From NCBI RefSeq assembly GCF_009914755.1, contig NC_060930.1: a stretch of 64,000 nt of DNA; one strand, given 5' to 3'. The first letter of the stretch is position 1. Each line of letters starts with the position of its first letter. The stretch comes from the human T2T-CHM13v2.0 reference genome, Homo sapiens. The translations under genes were made by a program, and so were the position numbers. The notes beneath the pieces are model-generated. The model saw only the letters and a program-made list of their open reading frames with translations, had not been told where the DNA came from and searched no databases. Of the stretch, positions 1 through 11,904 are shown piece after piece.

Positions 1-189
1 AGCTTTATTTAATTTTCCTAATCCATATTTATTAATATTATTAAAAAACAGAAAAATTTTACCTTTCATAAAACATGTATTTTTTAAAATTTGTAACTAT
101 TGGCTTCTAAAGCAACTAAAATCTCATTAACTTCTTTTTGTCACCAACTTCCAAGGATGAAGTGTAGAGTTCTTTTATGACTCTTACAC

Positions 190-672
190 TGTATAAGGTG
201 TCAATAGGGACAGATGGTGTGCTCCAGTTAGAACTGTCCAAATTCTGTGAGAGCTTATTTGTTATACAGGTACAGGGGGCATGCAGAGGAGCCACAAGGG
301 AGGGGGCAGGAACAAATGCTGGAAGCAACAGGGTCATTGCCACTGCTAGGCTGACAGGAGAGGGAGGGGCAAGGAGAAGACCTTGCCAGAACCAGAAGGA
401 AGAGAGTTCTGAGAAGAAGAGTGAGGGACAGGGCAGCTCAGGGCAGCCTCACAGGGAGGGAAGTGGGGGAATAAATTTCCAGGATACCTAGCTAGAATAA
501 ATACCCAGAATTCATCCTTCTTTTTTTCTCCTAACTCCATCAGGGCTCTTCACTAACCAAGTGGGCAGTAGAAGATCCAGGAGACTACTGGTGGGGTATA
601 CACTCACATCAGCCTCAGGGCAGAGATCAGGTGGAGAGGGACATGGAGGGACAAACCAGATGACCAGTGCAT
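190..672 (-). mobile_element. ERVL solo LTR, LTR41-like
   Basis: Ordered matches to recalled LTR41 reverse strand: TGTAT...ACAGATGG, CCACAAGGGA...GCAGGAAC, CCAGAACC.GAAGGA, CCTCACAGGGAGGGA...GGGGAATAAAT, TCAGCCTC.GGGCAGAGA, GGAGGG.CAAA. Right end merges into the minisatellite. Confidence 0.65.
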
Positions 673-1128
673 CCACACTCCCCTCAACCAGATGACCAGT
701 GCATTCACAGTCTCCCCAACCAGATGACCAGTGAATCCACAGTACCACAAACCAGATGACCAGTGCATCCACAGTTCCCCAATCAGATGACCACTTCATC
801 CACAGTCCCATCAACTACATGGCCAGTGCATCCAAAGCCCCCCCAGCCAGATGACCAGTGCATCCACAGTCTCTCCAGCCAGATGACCAGTGCATCCACA
901 GTCTCCCCAGCCAGATGACCAGTGCATCCACAGTCCCCTCTGCCAAATGACCAGTGCATCCACAGTCCCCCAAGCCAGATGACCAGTGCATCCACAGTCC
1001 CCCCAACCAGATCACTAGTGCATCCACAGTCTCCCCTACTAGATGACCAGTTCATCCATAGTCCCCACAACTAGATGACCAGTGCACCCACAGTACCCCC
1101 CAGCCAAATACCCAGTACATCTACAGTC
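656..1128. repeat. Minisatellite, ~15 copies of a 32-bp unit (CCAGATGACCAGTGCATCCACAGTC + C-rich linker)
   Basis: Unit starts at 656, 688, 720, 752, 783, 815, 847, 879, 911, 943, 975, 1007, 1039, 1071, 1104. Confidence 0.97.
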
Positions 1129-1265
1129 TGTGTTTGTGTGTTCACATGCATGTACATGAGGGTATGTGTATCTGTGGCAAGGGGGCAAGCACATCATGTA
1201 TGGAAGTGTCAGAGGAGATGTCTCAAAGACTGAGCCTTAATTTGGCATAAAATTCAAAGGAGATA

Positions 1266-1306
1266 CATTGTGCATATGTACCCTAGAACTTAAAGTATAA
1301 TAAAAA
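1266..1306 (+). mobile_element. Extremely 5'-truncated L1PA insertion (3' tip plus poly-A) with 17-bp TSD
   Basis: CATTGTGCATATGTACCCTAGAACTTAAAGTATAATAAAAA is the L1PA 3' terminus. AAAATTCAAAGGAGATA flanks it at 1249-1265 and 1307-1323. Confidence 0.93.
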
Positions 1307-1437
1307 AAAATTCAAAGGAGATAAACAATGACATTTTATTTGGTCCATAAGAAGGATATCTCAATGACTGTAAACAACTAAAGGATAAGGTGTATGTGCT
1401 GCCGAAGTGAGCTCTTAAGGATAAAGAACACAATGTA

Positions 1438-1585
1438 GGAATCATTGAAAGTTAGAGGCAGACAGGATCTTACAAATCTTAAAATTCTTCCATTTTTCTA
1501 GGTGATGATGAGGCCCACATGGCGAAGTGACCTCTTAGAGGCCACCCTAGATTAAGATCCAGTCCTCGTGGCTTCCCAGCCTTCC
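1438..1585 (-). mobile_element. MIR-family SINE, degenerate
   Basis: CCATTTTTCTAGGTGATGATGAGGCCCA...AAGTGAC core-like segment. Confidence 0.5.
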
Positions 1586-1959
1586 CTCTTTCCATCACAC
1601 TCACCTGCCATTCTCTAAATTCTGCTGACTTCCCAGTGCATGGAATTCTGTGAAATTTGGAGAGTTGGCCATTTGACAAACACAATCCACACACTTCTGC
1701 TCTCCTGGGCAGCCTCTGGTTTCATTCCCTGCCAACCTTGAATCAGGCATAGCTCTTTGTTATACACCCTGTCCCCCAGGCTAATCCACCCCATGGAGCA
1801 TCACTGAGGAATGTAGGTTTTACTGGAAATCAAGAGGGGAGACTAATAAAAATCCTCATTAAAAACATGTACCATCTACTCCAAAGTTACCCTTAGGCTA
1901 TAGACCTTTCCTTCCTGTCTCCTAACCTTCCCGACCCACTTCTGTGTCTCTTTCTCCCA

Positions 1960-1998
<39 letters not shown>

Positions 1999-2013
1999 TG
2001 CACACACACACAC
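1960..2013. repeat. (CT)n(CA)n compound microsatellite
   Basis: Directly visible. Confidence 0.95.
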
Positions 2014-2039
2014 AGACCCCTGCCCAAATCTACTTCCGT

Positions 2040-2222
2040 ATTTTCCAAACTGGATCATAAACCAATAGTGAGTTGTGAAATCAATTTATTGGGTGACACT
2101 GTCATTTCTAAAAAATGAAATAAATTTTAAAAAATGAAATTAAAATGGTGTGTGTTGGTGGGGGACTATAGTGCAAAATGTATCTCATATTGTAAGTCCT
2201 GGTGAAAGGCTTTGGAAAACAT
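2040..2222. mobile_element. hAT-Charlie-type MITE fragment (Charlie4-like)
   Basis: TTTCCAAACT...TAGTGAGTTGTGAAATCAATTTA.TGGGT...AAAATGTAT...TTTGGAAAACA resembles a recalled Charlie MITE. Confidence 0.5.
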
Positions 2223-2701
2223 CTTTCATCGCATTGCCATCAACATGTGCAAGCCCATTATTTTGAGAACCATAATGCGGGGCTCAGCTTCTTAAAAAGA
2301 TCTTCTAGTTTCCAGAATTCACTCCTTTCAGGAGACATGGTGGGAGCAGAAATGACAAATGATAGATTATTTTTTTCTGTCATATCCATTAGTTGGTGAG
2401 CAGCAAGCAATATTTTTAACATGTTGTTGAATGAGATGTGGGAAGCTTCCCTATCCCAAAGAGTACAGGAAGAGGTTGGGGAGCTCAACCACTCTTCATG
2501 AAGAGCGGACAGAAAATAGGGGGCCAGGGGCCTACCAGTTACATGTGAGGAACATCCCAAAGGGAGGCCCCAAGTGTGATAGCTGTAATCCTCTTGAAAG
2601 TAGAATAGGAGTTAATTCAAGGAAGGGTCGATACCTCACCAGGTTGGAAAACCTGTGGATATCGAGGAGTATAACTCAGGGTACACAAGCTTTGCCTTCT
2701 T

Positions 2702-2990
2702 TTTTTTTGAGACAGAGTCTCGCTCTGTCACCCAGGCTGGAGTGAGGTGGCGCGAACTCGGCTCACTGTAAGCTCTGCCTCCCGCGTTCACGCCATTCTT
2801 CTGCCTCAGCCTCCTGAGTAGCTGGGACTACAGGCGCCCGCCACCACGCCCGGCTAATTTTTTTGTGTTTTTAGTAGAGATGGGGTTTCACTGTGTTAGC
2901 CAGGATGGTCTTGATCTCCTGACCTCGTGATCCACCCGTCTCGGCCTCCCCAAGTTCTGGGATTACAGGCGTGAGCCATTGCGCCCGGCC
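2702..2990 (-). mobile_element. AluY
   Basis: Full dimer on minus strand. AluY diagnostics (AAGCTC, CACGCCATTC, TTAGCCAGGATGGTC...GACCTCGTGATCC). TSD GCCTTCTT at 2694-2701 and 2991-2998. Confidence 0.96.
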
Positions 2991-5967
2991 GCCTTCTTCT
3001 TTACATTAAAAAAAAAATACATATTAACCTTCATTTCTGATCCTTTTACATCAGGAAAAGATTCTATGTGATGGCAGAAGATGACAGAAAGGTGGTGTCA
3101 AATGTGGGGGAATCCTAAAGTGCTAGTCTTAGATAAGGGAACTAAATAGCTGGCTGGGGCTCCTAAGGATGGCATTATTCATGTCACCTATATATGTTCC
3201 AAGGCTTTCTAAAGAACCAAGTTATGCTTTCTTAAAGTCCAAGATTGTGAGAACATGAGTTCATGCCTGCAGACTTTCTGGACAGAACCATCTCCAAAAT
3301 GTCACTCAGATGCTCTGAGAGTTTTGCAGAAGGTTGTGATTGGAACAAACCATCAGGTTCCATCTTCTGATCTTGCTTCTGGCTGAGCGTGGAATAATCT
3401 GATATTGCCTCTCTGCTGTCTCATGTGGGTATTGGCTGGTGATGACTTGACTCCAGCCTCAGGGTGAGGCGCTGCTCACCTCAAGTTTACAGGCAGGGCT
3501 GATTGCTCTTGACCTTCCTACTGGCACTGGGACACCAGATGATTGGTACTGGTACTGGTACTGGGCCTCACTGCTTGAGTTTGTAGGGCATCACAGCTGC
3601 TGCCCTACATCCAGGCTGCCCAGAAACTGGCCATCTCTCTACATTGCCGTTGCTGCTGGCTCCTGCCACCTTCCCAGGGACAGCTCATCCTCACTGCTGG
3701 AATTGATCCAGGGTATCCGTATCTTAGAGTCTGGGCCCAGTGAACTACTGGCCTGAGAGAAACAGGAAAATCTTCCTTCCCAGTCCAAAGATTGTGCCTT
3801 ATTTCTTCCATTATCCTATTGTCTTCCCAGTGGAAATTTCAGATACACCAAAGTGTGGGCTTCTGCCATTGCTCCAGGAAGATATAACAAAATAGTTCTA
3901 GATTGGTATATGTCACAAAATCTGTCTTATCCTGTCTTATCCATTGTCACCTTGGTAAAGCTTTCTAGAAACTGTCATTCATTGCTTGCTGGAAAGAGAG
4001 GCAATGGTTGGAGTTGTTTGCAAAATGACTTTACTAGGTAACTTCTCTCTGCATTTCTCCTCATTCCACCACACTTTTCATTTCTTCTCTTGCTTTGCAA
4101 ACTATGAATATGGTTCTTCTCTATTCCTCTAGATCCATAGACCCACTGAGTTTTGTTGATACAGATTAATTCGACACATACTTTTTGGACATTTATTGTG
4201 TCCTAGTTACTACTGCCAGACTACACAGTTTGCTCCTACAGCAGAGAGACCTCATAAGCTCATCTTGCTAGTGTAACATGCGTCCAATGGCCCGTGTCTG
4301 GAAGCTGCCCAAAGAGAAACAAACATGGAGGAAGATCAGAGTATCTATGCCTGTGAGGGCTGCTGAAGATTTGTCTTAATTCCAAATGGCAGGAATAAAA
4401 TCTGTCTGGCCAGGGTGTCTTAGGAAGCTACAATAAACCAGAAGTAGTGTTTTCATGTCGATTTTACAGGATTTCAGAGAGAAACCATAAATGAGTGTTT
4501 ATTTTTAATCCCCCTTACAGGGGTCATTTTAATTAAAGTCTTAAGTTAAAGGGAGTTGATGAGTTTATCAGCCTAACATCTGACCTAATGTATTTTCTGT
4601 TTCTTTGCAGGGCCATGAAATTCTTCATGCTCTGGGATTTTTGTTTTCCTGAAACCTTTGACACAGAGCTTTCATTGAGAAGAGGAAATGAAGAAAGAAG
4701 CATGGTTCCAAGTACCATGAATAGCCCCACCCGAGGGGAGCAGTTTATGTGTGCAGAAAGCGCCCTGGGGTGAGTAAAGGAGCTGCCATTTAGTGGACAA
4801 GAGGCCCACTGTAAACCACAGAGGTAAAGGGAATTTCAAGGGAGGAGAAGTGAATTGACTGAAAAATGTCCCTTGCGAATGCATCCTATTTTCTCGTTCA
4901 ACCAGCATCAAATGCAATCCTGGACCAGCACCCTGCCTGGCCTAAGCATTGTCACTTTGTCTATCACTGAACTGAGAGTTGAAAAATCACCTGGGGGAGA
5001 AAGGTTATGAGGAATAATGAGAAAGCTTCTGGCCAAATTTGGTCCAAACTTCATGATTTCTTAGTTTTGAGTCACATTCAAACCTTTTGGGGCCCAGCTT
5101 TATTTTTTTTCTCTTGGCAAACCACAACATCCTATTTGTAAGAAAGGAGCTTTAAGAAAGAGTTTTTGGCCATCAAATAGCTGTTAGAAAACAACATTTT
5201 GATGAGTTAAGTGTAAATGAATCAGAAACATGTGGATTAGATTTACCTCAAGATACATGTGGGTTTGAAGGGAGAGGAGGAAAAGGCCTAGGCAGACTCA
5301 CACTTGGGGTTTTGCTGATCCTTCGATGAGTGAAACATAGATTTGAGGGGGCATCAACTGCCAGCACCAGGAGGATGTGGCCGGGCCTGTGAGTATCATT
5401 GTCATTGTTGTTCTGATCATTATTGATGATGCATGTGGCCGTTTAGAACCTAGCAGGGTCTCTTTATCTTTCTTATGCTTGTTGCTCAGACCATCCATCC
5501 CTATGAAGGGAACTTCCCAGCACAGTGAGGTGTTAATGGCAAGACTGGGCTTAGGACCGAGAACTTACACTTGCTTTGCCACTGAAGGATGATTTGTCTC
5601 TCCAAAGTTATGAGAAGACAATGTATAAAAATAGCCCTTATGGTGCTTAAAAAGGGATTTTTGAAAGATTTTATGGGAGGCTTTCCAGCATAAAATATGC
5701 CTACCTTCTGTCACTCAAGAAGCCCAATGGTTTCTCAATGTATTATGGAAGTAAAAGGGAATTTCAAAGGAGCAGAAGTATATTGATGGAAAGATTAAGT
5801 AATGTCCTGGTAGTTGTACTAAATGGTCTTGAAAACTCCTCCCAATATCCTTCATTCACCTACCACCAAATCTTCAAACCTTCCTGCAGCTTTTCCTTTC
5901 TATCTTTCAAGGGAGAAAATGTTGTTTACTCCATCAGAGGTCAATGCCTCTACCTGTGCTCTGGACC

Positions 5968-6252
5968 TGGGCTGTCCAATATGGTAGCCAGCGGCCACAT
6001 GTGACTATTCGCACTTGAAATGTATCCAGTCTGAGTGGAAATATGCTATAAGTGTAAAATAGGATAAAAATGAATGTAAAATATCTCATTCATAATTTCT
6101 TACATTGATTACATGCTGAAAGGGTAATATTTTGAATATTTTGTGTGGGGCATAATATGTTATCGAAATTAATTTCACTTCTTTGTTTTTACTTTTGCTA
6201 ACATATTTACCTAGATAATTAAAATTACATATATGGCTTGCATTGTGCTCTA
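5968..6252. mobile_element. MER33 (hAT-Charlie) nested in L2
   Basis: GCTGTCCAATATGGTAGCCA..GGCCACATGTGACTATT...CACTTGAAATGT...GATTACATG.TGAAA...AAAATTACATATATGGCT. Confidence 0.85.
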
Positions 6253-6933
6253 GAGGCAACATTCCCTGGGGGCTCAGGAATATTACTCTTCTAATATTGT
6301 CATTTCTTTCCCATATCTTCAACCCATCACTGTTGTGTGGATCATTGTGTTAGCTTTCCACTTGGGCAAATGGCTCTCCAAACAAAAGCAAACTAAATCC
6401 TCCCTTGACCTCATCACCCTCACTAGTTTCCACCCTCTCCCATATACCGTCATTAGCCAAGCTTCCTGAAAGCACTGCCTACACAGTCTGCCTCCGCTTC
6501 CTCATTAGCCCATCTCAGTCTGTATTCTCCTCACCGCAAGCCAAAACCTGCTATTGCTAAAGTGATACATTGTCTCTCCAGTGCAAAATCCAAAGGGTAC
6601 ATCTTTCCTGACCATCTCTGCAGTGTTTGACATAATCGATCACTCCCTGCTTCTTAAAAGTCTCTTCTCTTGGCCTTCACCTTGGGTGCCTGGCTCCCCT
6701 GCTCTCTCTGGCCATTTCTGCTCATCCTTTTTGTTGGACTTACATCTTTCACACCACCTCTAAATGCTGGGGCACCTTAGGCTTTCACCCTGGTCTTTTT
6801 CTCACAATATATTCTTTCCTTAGACAACCTCTTCTAATCTTATGAGTTTAAACATCATTTATGCCGAAAACTCCCAATCTAAAGACACCAACTGCAGACA
6901 TGGAAATACCCAGACCTCTCTTCTGCACTCCAC

Positions 6934-6983
6934 ACTCACATCTAAGTGCCGAATTGACTCACATCTAAGTGCCAAATTGACTC
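6934..6983. repeat. 23-bp tandem duplication inside L2
   Basis: ACTCACATCTAAGTGCC(G/A)AATTG x2 plus ACTC. Confidence 0.95.
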
Positions 6984-7784
6984 TTAATTTAGGACTCTCT
7001 GAAACATCCCAAACTTACATCCAAAAAAGAAGTTGTAGGCTTCTCCTCCAAAGTTTGTTCTCTTTCATCTCAGGAAAGGTTATCCCCATTCACTCAAGTT
7101 CTCATGTCAGAAACCTGACAGTTTATCCTTAATTCTTACACCTCCTTCAGTATACAAATATCACCAAGTATTCTCAATTACACCTCCAAAATGTGTCTCA
7201 AATCCATCAGCTTCTCTCCACACCCTGAGGAAGGGTCCATCCTTTCTTCCTGGACTACTGCTAGTGTCTCTTAACTAATCTCCTTGCTATTGCTCCCACA
7301 ATCTGCTCTTCATATTGTAGCCAGACTGACCTTTAAAAACAAGAATTGGACCATGTTACTCTCCTGCTTAAAAACCCCTGATGGTTCTCCATGGACTTAG
7401 AATAAAACCCAGAGTCTTTAATGTAACATGCAAGAGCCCACATGTTGAACCTGTTGGCCACGGCTACACTCTGGTGGCATTGCCCCCACTCACACACACA
7501 CACTGGCCCTCCTGGAGCCACATTGGCCCTTCATGTCCTTGCAGCTATAGTATGAGTCCTGCCTGAGGGATTGCACATATGATAGCCCCTTTCTTCACCT
7601 AACTTACTCTTCCAGCATCCTTCACTTCCTTCAAGAGGGATTCTATGATTCCTGCAGCCTAAATTAATCCTTACCACACCCCATTAGTGTCTCCTATAGT
7701 GCTTTGTACTTTTTCTTCATAGCACTTCTCACAATTATGCAATTATATGCTATATCTACATCTCTTCCCCAATAGTTTAAAGCT

Positions 7785-7875
7785 TCCAAACTGGGCTGCA
7801 TCTTACAAACTATGTGTGCCTGTGATGAAGTTGTATTTCTTACAATTGATAATGTCTTAGATCAAAGAAACAAGG
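7785..7875. mobile_element. MER104-like (TcMar-Tc2) fragment
   Basis: TGCATCTTACAA...TCTTACAATTGATAATGTCTTAGATCAAAGAAACA resembles the MER104 terminus. Confidence 0.5.
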
Positions 7876-8344
7876 CATTTATCTGTGCTTATTTGTTAGT
7901 ATCTGTTTCTTCCACTTGGCTCTAGCCATGTGTGGGCAGGGACTATGTCTCCTTGGTTGTCCCTCATATTCCCCAAGCTGCCAGGACTGTGCTACACAGG
8001 AGGTATTGTATGAACATTTGTGGAATGAATGATTGAATGAAGGAAGGAGGGAAGGCAGGATATGCACACTGTTTTGTGGCCACTGCAGCCTCCTATTCTC
8101 TCCAAATGTGTCTCCTACTATTCAAGTCCATAGGCTGTGCACTCAGTAGAGGAATAACTGCTCCATGCCCTCTTCTTTTGATTTTGTCTTTCCTATTCCA
8201 ACACATACACTAAGACTGAACATGATTTCCAGCTCCTCTAAGAGGACTTCTCCCAAAATAATGAACTTTGCTTAACTTCCTGAGTTAGAACCCAATCAGA
8301 TCTTGTCCAAGATGTCTTTTTTACAGGAAATATTATAGCCCCAG

Positions 8345-8540
8345 GGAGGAGACACACCTGGGTTCAAATCTCAGCTTTCTACCTGTGTGAGCTTTAGTGT
8401 AATATTCAGTTTTCTATTCTATAAAGTGGGAATAGTAACAGAAAACCTACCTCAAGGGGTTGTGGAAGGATTGAACAGGATATTGAGAGTAGGGTGTCCA
8501 GCTAGCATAAGAGCATTAGTGAATGCAAGTTATGATTATT
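8345..8540 (+). mobile_element. MIR
   Basis: CCTGGGTTCAAATCTCAGCT...CAGTTTTCT..TCTATAAAGTGGGAATA...ACCTACCTCA.GGGGTTGTG. Confidence 0.8.
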
Positions 8541-8901
8541 ATTTGATCTATGTATTCTTAATTGTCATGGTATTTTTAGGGCTCAAAGGAAAGGACCATA
8601 AGTTAAAATCCCTCATATTCCTACTGAGCGAAGTTTATTGCTTGTTTTGGGGATATATAAGATGCATCAATTTTATTAAAGCTCCCTTTCAGCCAATAAT
8701 TGCTGTCTGTGGTCATTTCTGTTTGGCAGAAGCCTCCTTCACACATTGGCCAGAAAGTCTAACAGCCATCCCACCATAAACTCTCTCTTGCTCGTTGCCC
8801 ATCCGTCTTACCTAGCCTCCTTCTACCTACTACAATATAGTGGAAAGACTCATAAGGCAGGTAGTGTCAGAGCCAGATCTTGAACCCAAGATCATGGTTC
8901 A

Positions 8902-9261
8902 TGTATTAGTCTGTTTTCACACTGCTGATAAAGACATACCTGAGACTAGGCAATTTACAAAAGAAAGAGGTTTAATTGGACTTACAGTTCCACATGGCTA
9001 GGGAGGCTTCACAATCATGGTGGAAGGAAAGGAGGAGCAAGTCATGTCTTACATGGATGGCAGCAGGCAAAGAGAGAGCTTCCGTAGAGAAACTCCTGTT
9101 TTAAAAACCTCTTGAGACCAATTCACTATCATGAGAACAGTATGGGAAAGACCTGCCCCCCATGATTCAATCATCTCCCACCGAGTCTCTTCCACAACAT
9201 GCGGGAATTATGGGAGCTATGAGATGAGATTTGGGTGGGGACACAGAGCCAAACCATATCA
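8902..9261 (-). mobile_element. THE1 (THE1B-like) MaLR solo LTR
   Basis: Starts TGTATTAGTCTGTTTTCACACTGCTGATAAAGACATACC and ends GGGGACACAGAGCCAAACCATATCA; full LTR length with TG...CA termini. Confidence 0.93.
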
Positions 9262-9374
9262 GTTAGTGTTACATGTTGTTCACTCTCCTGCTTCCTATGC
9301 TCACTCTTTATTTTTTCCTTACTGTTAGAAAGTAGGGAGCTAGAATTTGAACTTAAGTCTCTCATAATTTTTTA

Positions 9375-10420
9375 GATTGAGTAGGCAAGGAAGATCTCAA
9401 AACAGGTGATACTTAAGCTACTATCAGAGTGACAGGAAGGAACCAGGCATGAGAAGATCAGAAGACAGAGCAGAGAGAATTGCAAGTGCAAAGGTCCTGG
9501 GGTGGGAATGAACTTGGTGTACTTGAGGAACAGAAAACAGACAAGTAAGGTGGAGTTGACAGAGGCTGTGTGAGCCTGCACTCGGGGTCACTGGCTGTGG
9601 GTTTGAGAGAGGAAGTTGTCAGCTTGAGCTAGATGATGTCAATAGAGATGCAGAGAAGTAGATTTGTTTGAAATGTACTTTGGAGATAGAATCAACAATA
9701 CTGGCAGTAGATTGGTGGTAAGAGAAGGGTAGGCTCAAGGGTGACTCTCAGTTGGGTCTGGCTTGAGCAACTGGGTGGATGGTGATGCCATGTACTGGGA
9801 TGACGAATACTTGAAGAAATAGATTTGAGCATATGTTTGTGATCTCTCTGGGATACATCAGTGATGCCAGACAAGTAACTGAATATGCTAGTCTCAAGTT
9901 CAAACACAAAGTTAGAAACTAGAGATGCATGTTTTAGAGTCATCAGTTTATAGATGGCATTGAGAGCCATAGGAACAGATGAGAATGTCTAGGGAAGGAG
10001 GATAGAGAGAAACAAGAAGAAGGCCCCGGAGAGAACACTGACATGATTGGTAGGTGAGTAAGAGGAATGGAACTAGGGAAGGAATGGCCAGAAAGGAAAA
10101 GTAAAACAAGGAGAGGATGGGTTTCACACCAAATCTAGGAGGAAATCATGTTTCAAGAAGAAGGGATCAGTCTTGTGTCAAATGCTACTACAAAGGTGAT
10201 GGAGACGGATTAAAAAAAATGTGTCTATGGAATCTGGCTTCATGAAAGGTTGTGGATGACTCTGACAAGAGAAGTGTAGGTAGAGTGAAGGGAAGTGACA
10301 GATTGCCTGCATAGCTAATATTTTTAAAGAACTTATTTTAAGGAATAACAAAGAAATGGGAATATGAGTCAAGAGGTCCTTTTAGTAGATGGGAGACAGG
10401 AGGGGCTGTTTTCTGATGAG
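9375..10420 (-). mobile_element. L2 LINE fragment
   Basis: Purine-rich antisense L2 (GCAAGTGCAAAGGTCCTGGGGTGGGAATGAACTTGG...GAGGAACAG). TTTCAAGAAGAAGGGA...TGTGTCAAATGCT is the reverse of the RT AFDT..LLLE motif. Confidence 0.85.
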
Positions 10421-11904
10421 AATGATCTAGAAGTAGAGAGATATATGACACAGGAAAGACTAAGACCCACATCTCTCCCTTCTCTAAAACTGGTGCCTTT
10501 AGTACTTATTTGCAGAGTCACAGTCCCTGTGGCCTTTGCTTGCTTCTCCTCCATATTGAAATTAGCTTGGAGAGGGTGCATTGATTCCTTCAGATCAAAT
10601 GAGAGTCTCTTTTTGTTTCTCTTTGCCTAGACATTCATGTGACCTTCACAGACAAGTGTTTACTGGAGTTACTCAGAACTGAGCAAGGACAGCTTTGGTC
10701 TGATAAAAGCACACTCCCCACACTGGCTCAGAACCCTCAACCTTCCCTTTGAACACAATATAAATGCTACTGTGGACCTCAGAGGTTAATCCATTACAAC
10801 AAGGCAATTAAATTTAGGGTCTGTTTGGAAGATAAAAAGCAGCAAGTAATAACCAGGTCAGAAAACTCAGCCATGATGGATTTCTATAATTTCCTCTGAC
10901 TTCACGGAGCTGCGTCTGGTGACCTGAAGCAGGATGGTGTGACTGCCCGGTGGTGTCAGAAATGTGAGGGGGAGATTATTTTTATTAAACTAGTTATTTC
11001 TGAGGCATTGACCTCTCTTGCTTCCCCTTTCTCTCTCAAGAAGGTCATTTGCCAGCTGGTAATACATTTAACCCTTAAGCATACAGTCAACCTCAGGTTA
11101 GCAAGGAGGATCATTTTACAAAGGCAAGCGAATGAAACTGATGTTTCTCCTGGTTAGTGTTCTGAGTTTTGAATTTGGGCTACTTCCCCCTTTCTTGTTA
11201 AGCCACTTTGGTTTAAGTGCCTAACCTTCTCTGGTGGATTTTGTATAGATTTTCCAGTAATAAGATGGTTAGTTTGTCCTCATCTAGAGTGCTTTACCCA
11301 TGAGAAAGAAGAGAAAATTGCTCTATGTCAGACTGGAGCTGGGATGAGAACCCTCAGGCCCTGATTTATTGCTCTTCAGCTTTGTTCCCTCCACTTCTGT
11401 CTCACACAGCGTGTGGTCATCCTGAATCATTCGTGCCACAAATGTTTCTGGACACCCACTCTGCCTGTGACACTGCACTAGGCACCATGGCAGAGTGTTT
11501 GACTACATGGCCCCTGCCCTCTGGGAACTGGTTCCTGCTCTATTTCAGCGGGGAGTGCAAGGAGGTTGCTGACACAGTCATTTTAGGGGTTTGTTTTCTC
11601 TGCGCCAAATTGCCCTGTCTCATTAATGACAGGCTCAATTTCCATCAGGTTCCTTGATGAATCTTGCAAAACATCCAAGAGGGAGCTTCCTTCCAGTGCA
11701 GAAATGTAATTCCCTGTGGATATGTGTTGGCATCCGCCAACTCAGAGGCATAATGAAGTTAATTTTGAGGGAAAGCAAACACAAATATAACGGTGATCGG
11801 AAGAGCAGCCACAACTGTCTGAGCCATTTATTTAATGGACTAATTAGCTTATTAAGTACTTTGCACTGTCTTCTTTTCCACAAAGGATTTAAAGAGATGA
11901 TTGT

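Larger units (their letters stand above)
5850..8040 (+). mobile_element. L2 LINE, 3' ~2 kb, interrupted by MER33 and a MER104-like piece
   Basis: ORF 6581 reads ISAVFDIIDHSLLL, matching L2 RT LSAAFDTVDHSLLL. Pyrimidine-rich body ending in a GAATGAATGATTGAATGA tail. Confidence 0.85.

Noticed and set aside
656-1128. CRISPR-like look (conserved ~24 bp plus variable ~8 bp) and repetitive ORFs at 512-1070
   Set aside because: The variable parts are short, related C-rich linkers rather than unique spacers; the context is primate with no cas genes. The ORFs are by-products of the tandem repeat.
5850-10420. Tail-to-tail L2 pair as a miR-28/151-type hairpin source
   Set aside because: The tails are over 1.3 kb apart with MIR and THE1 between them, and the copies are too diverged for a compact stem.
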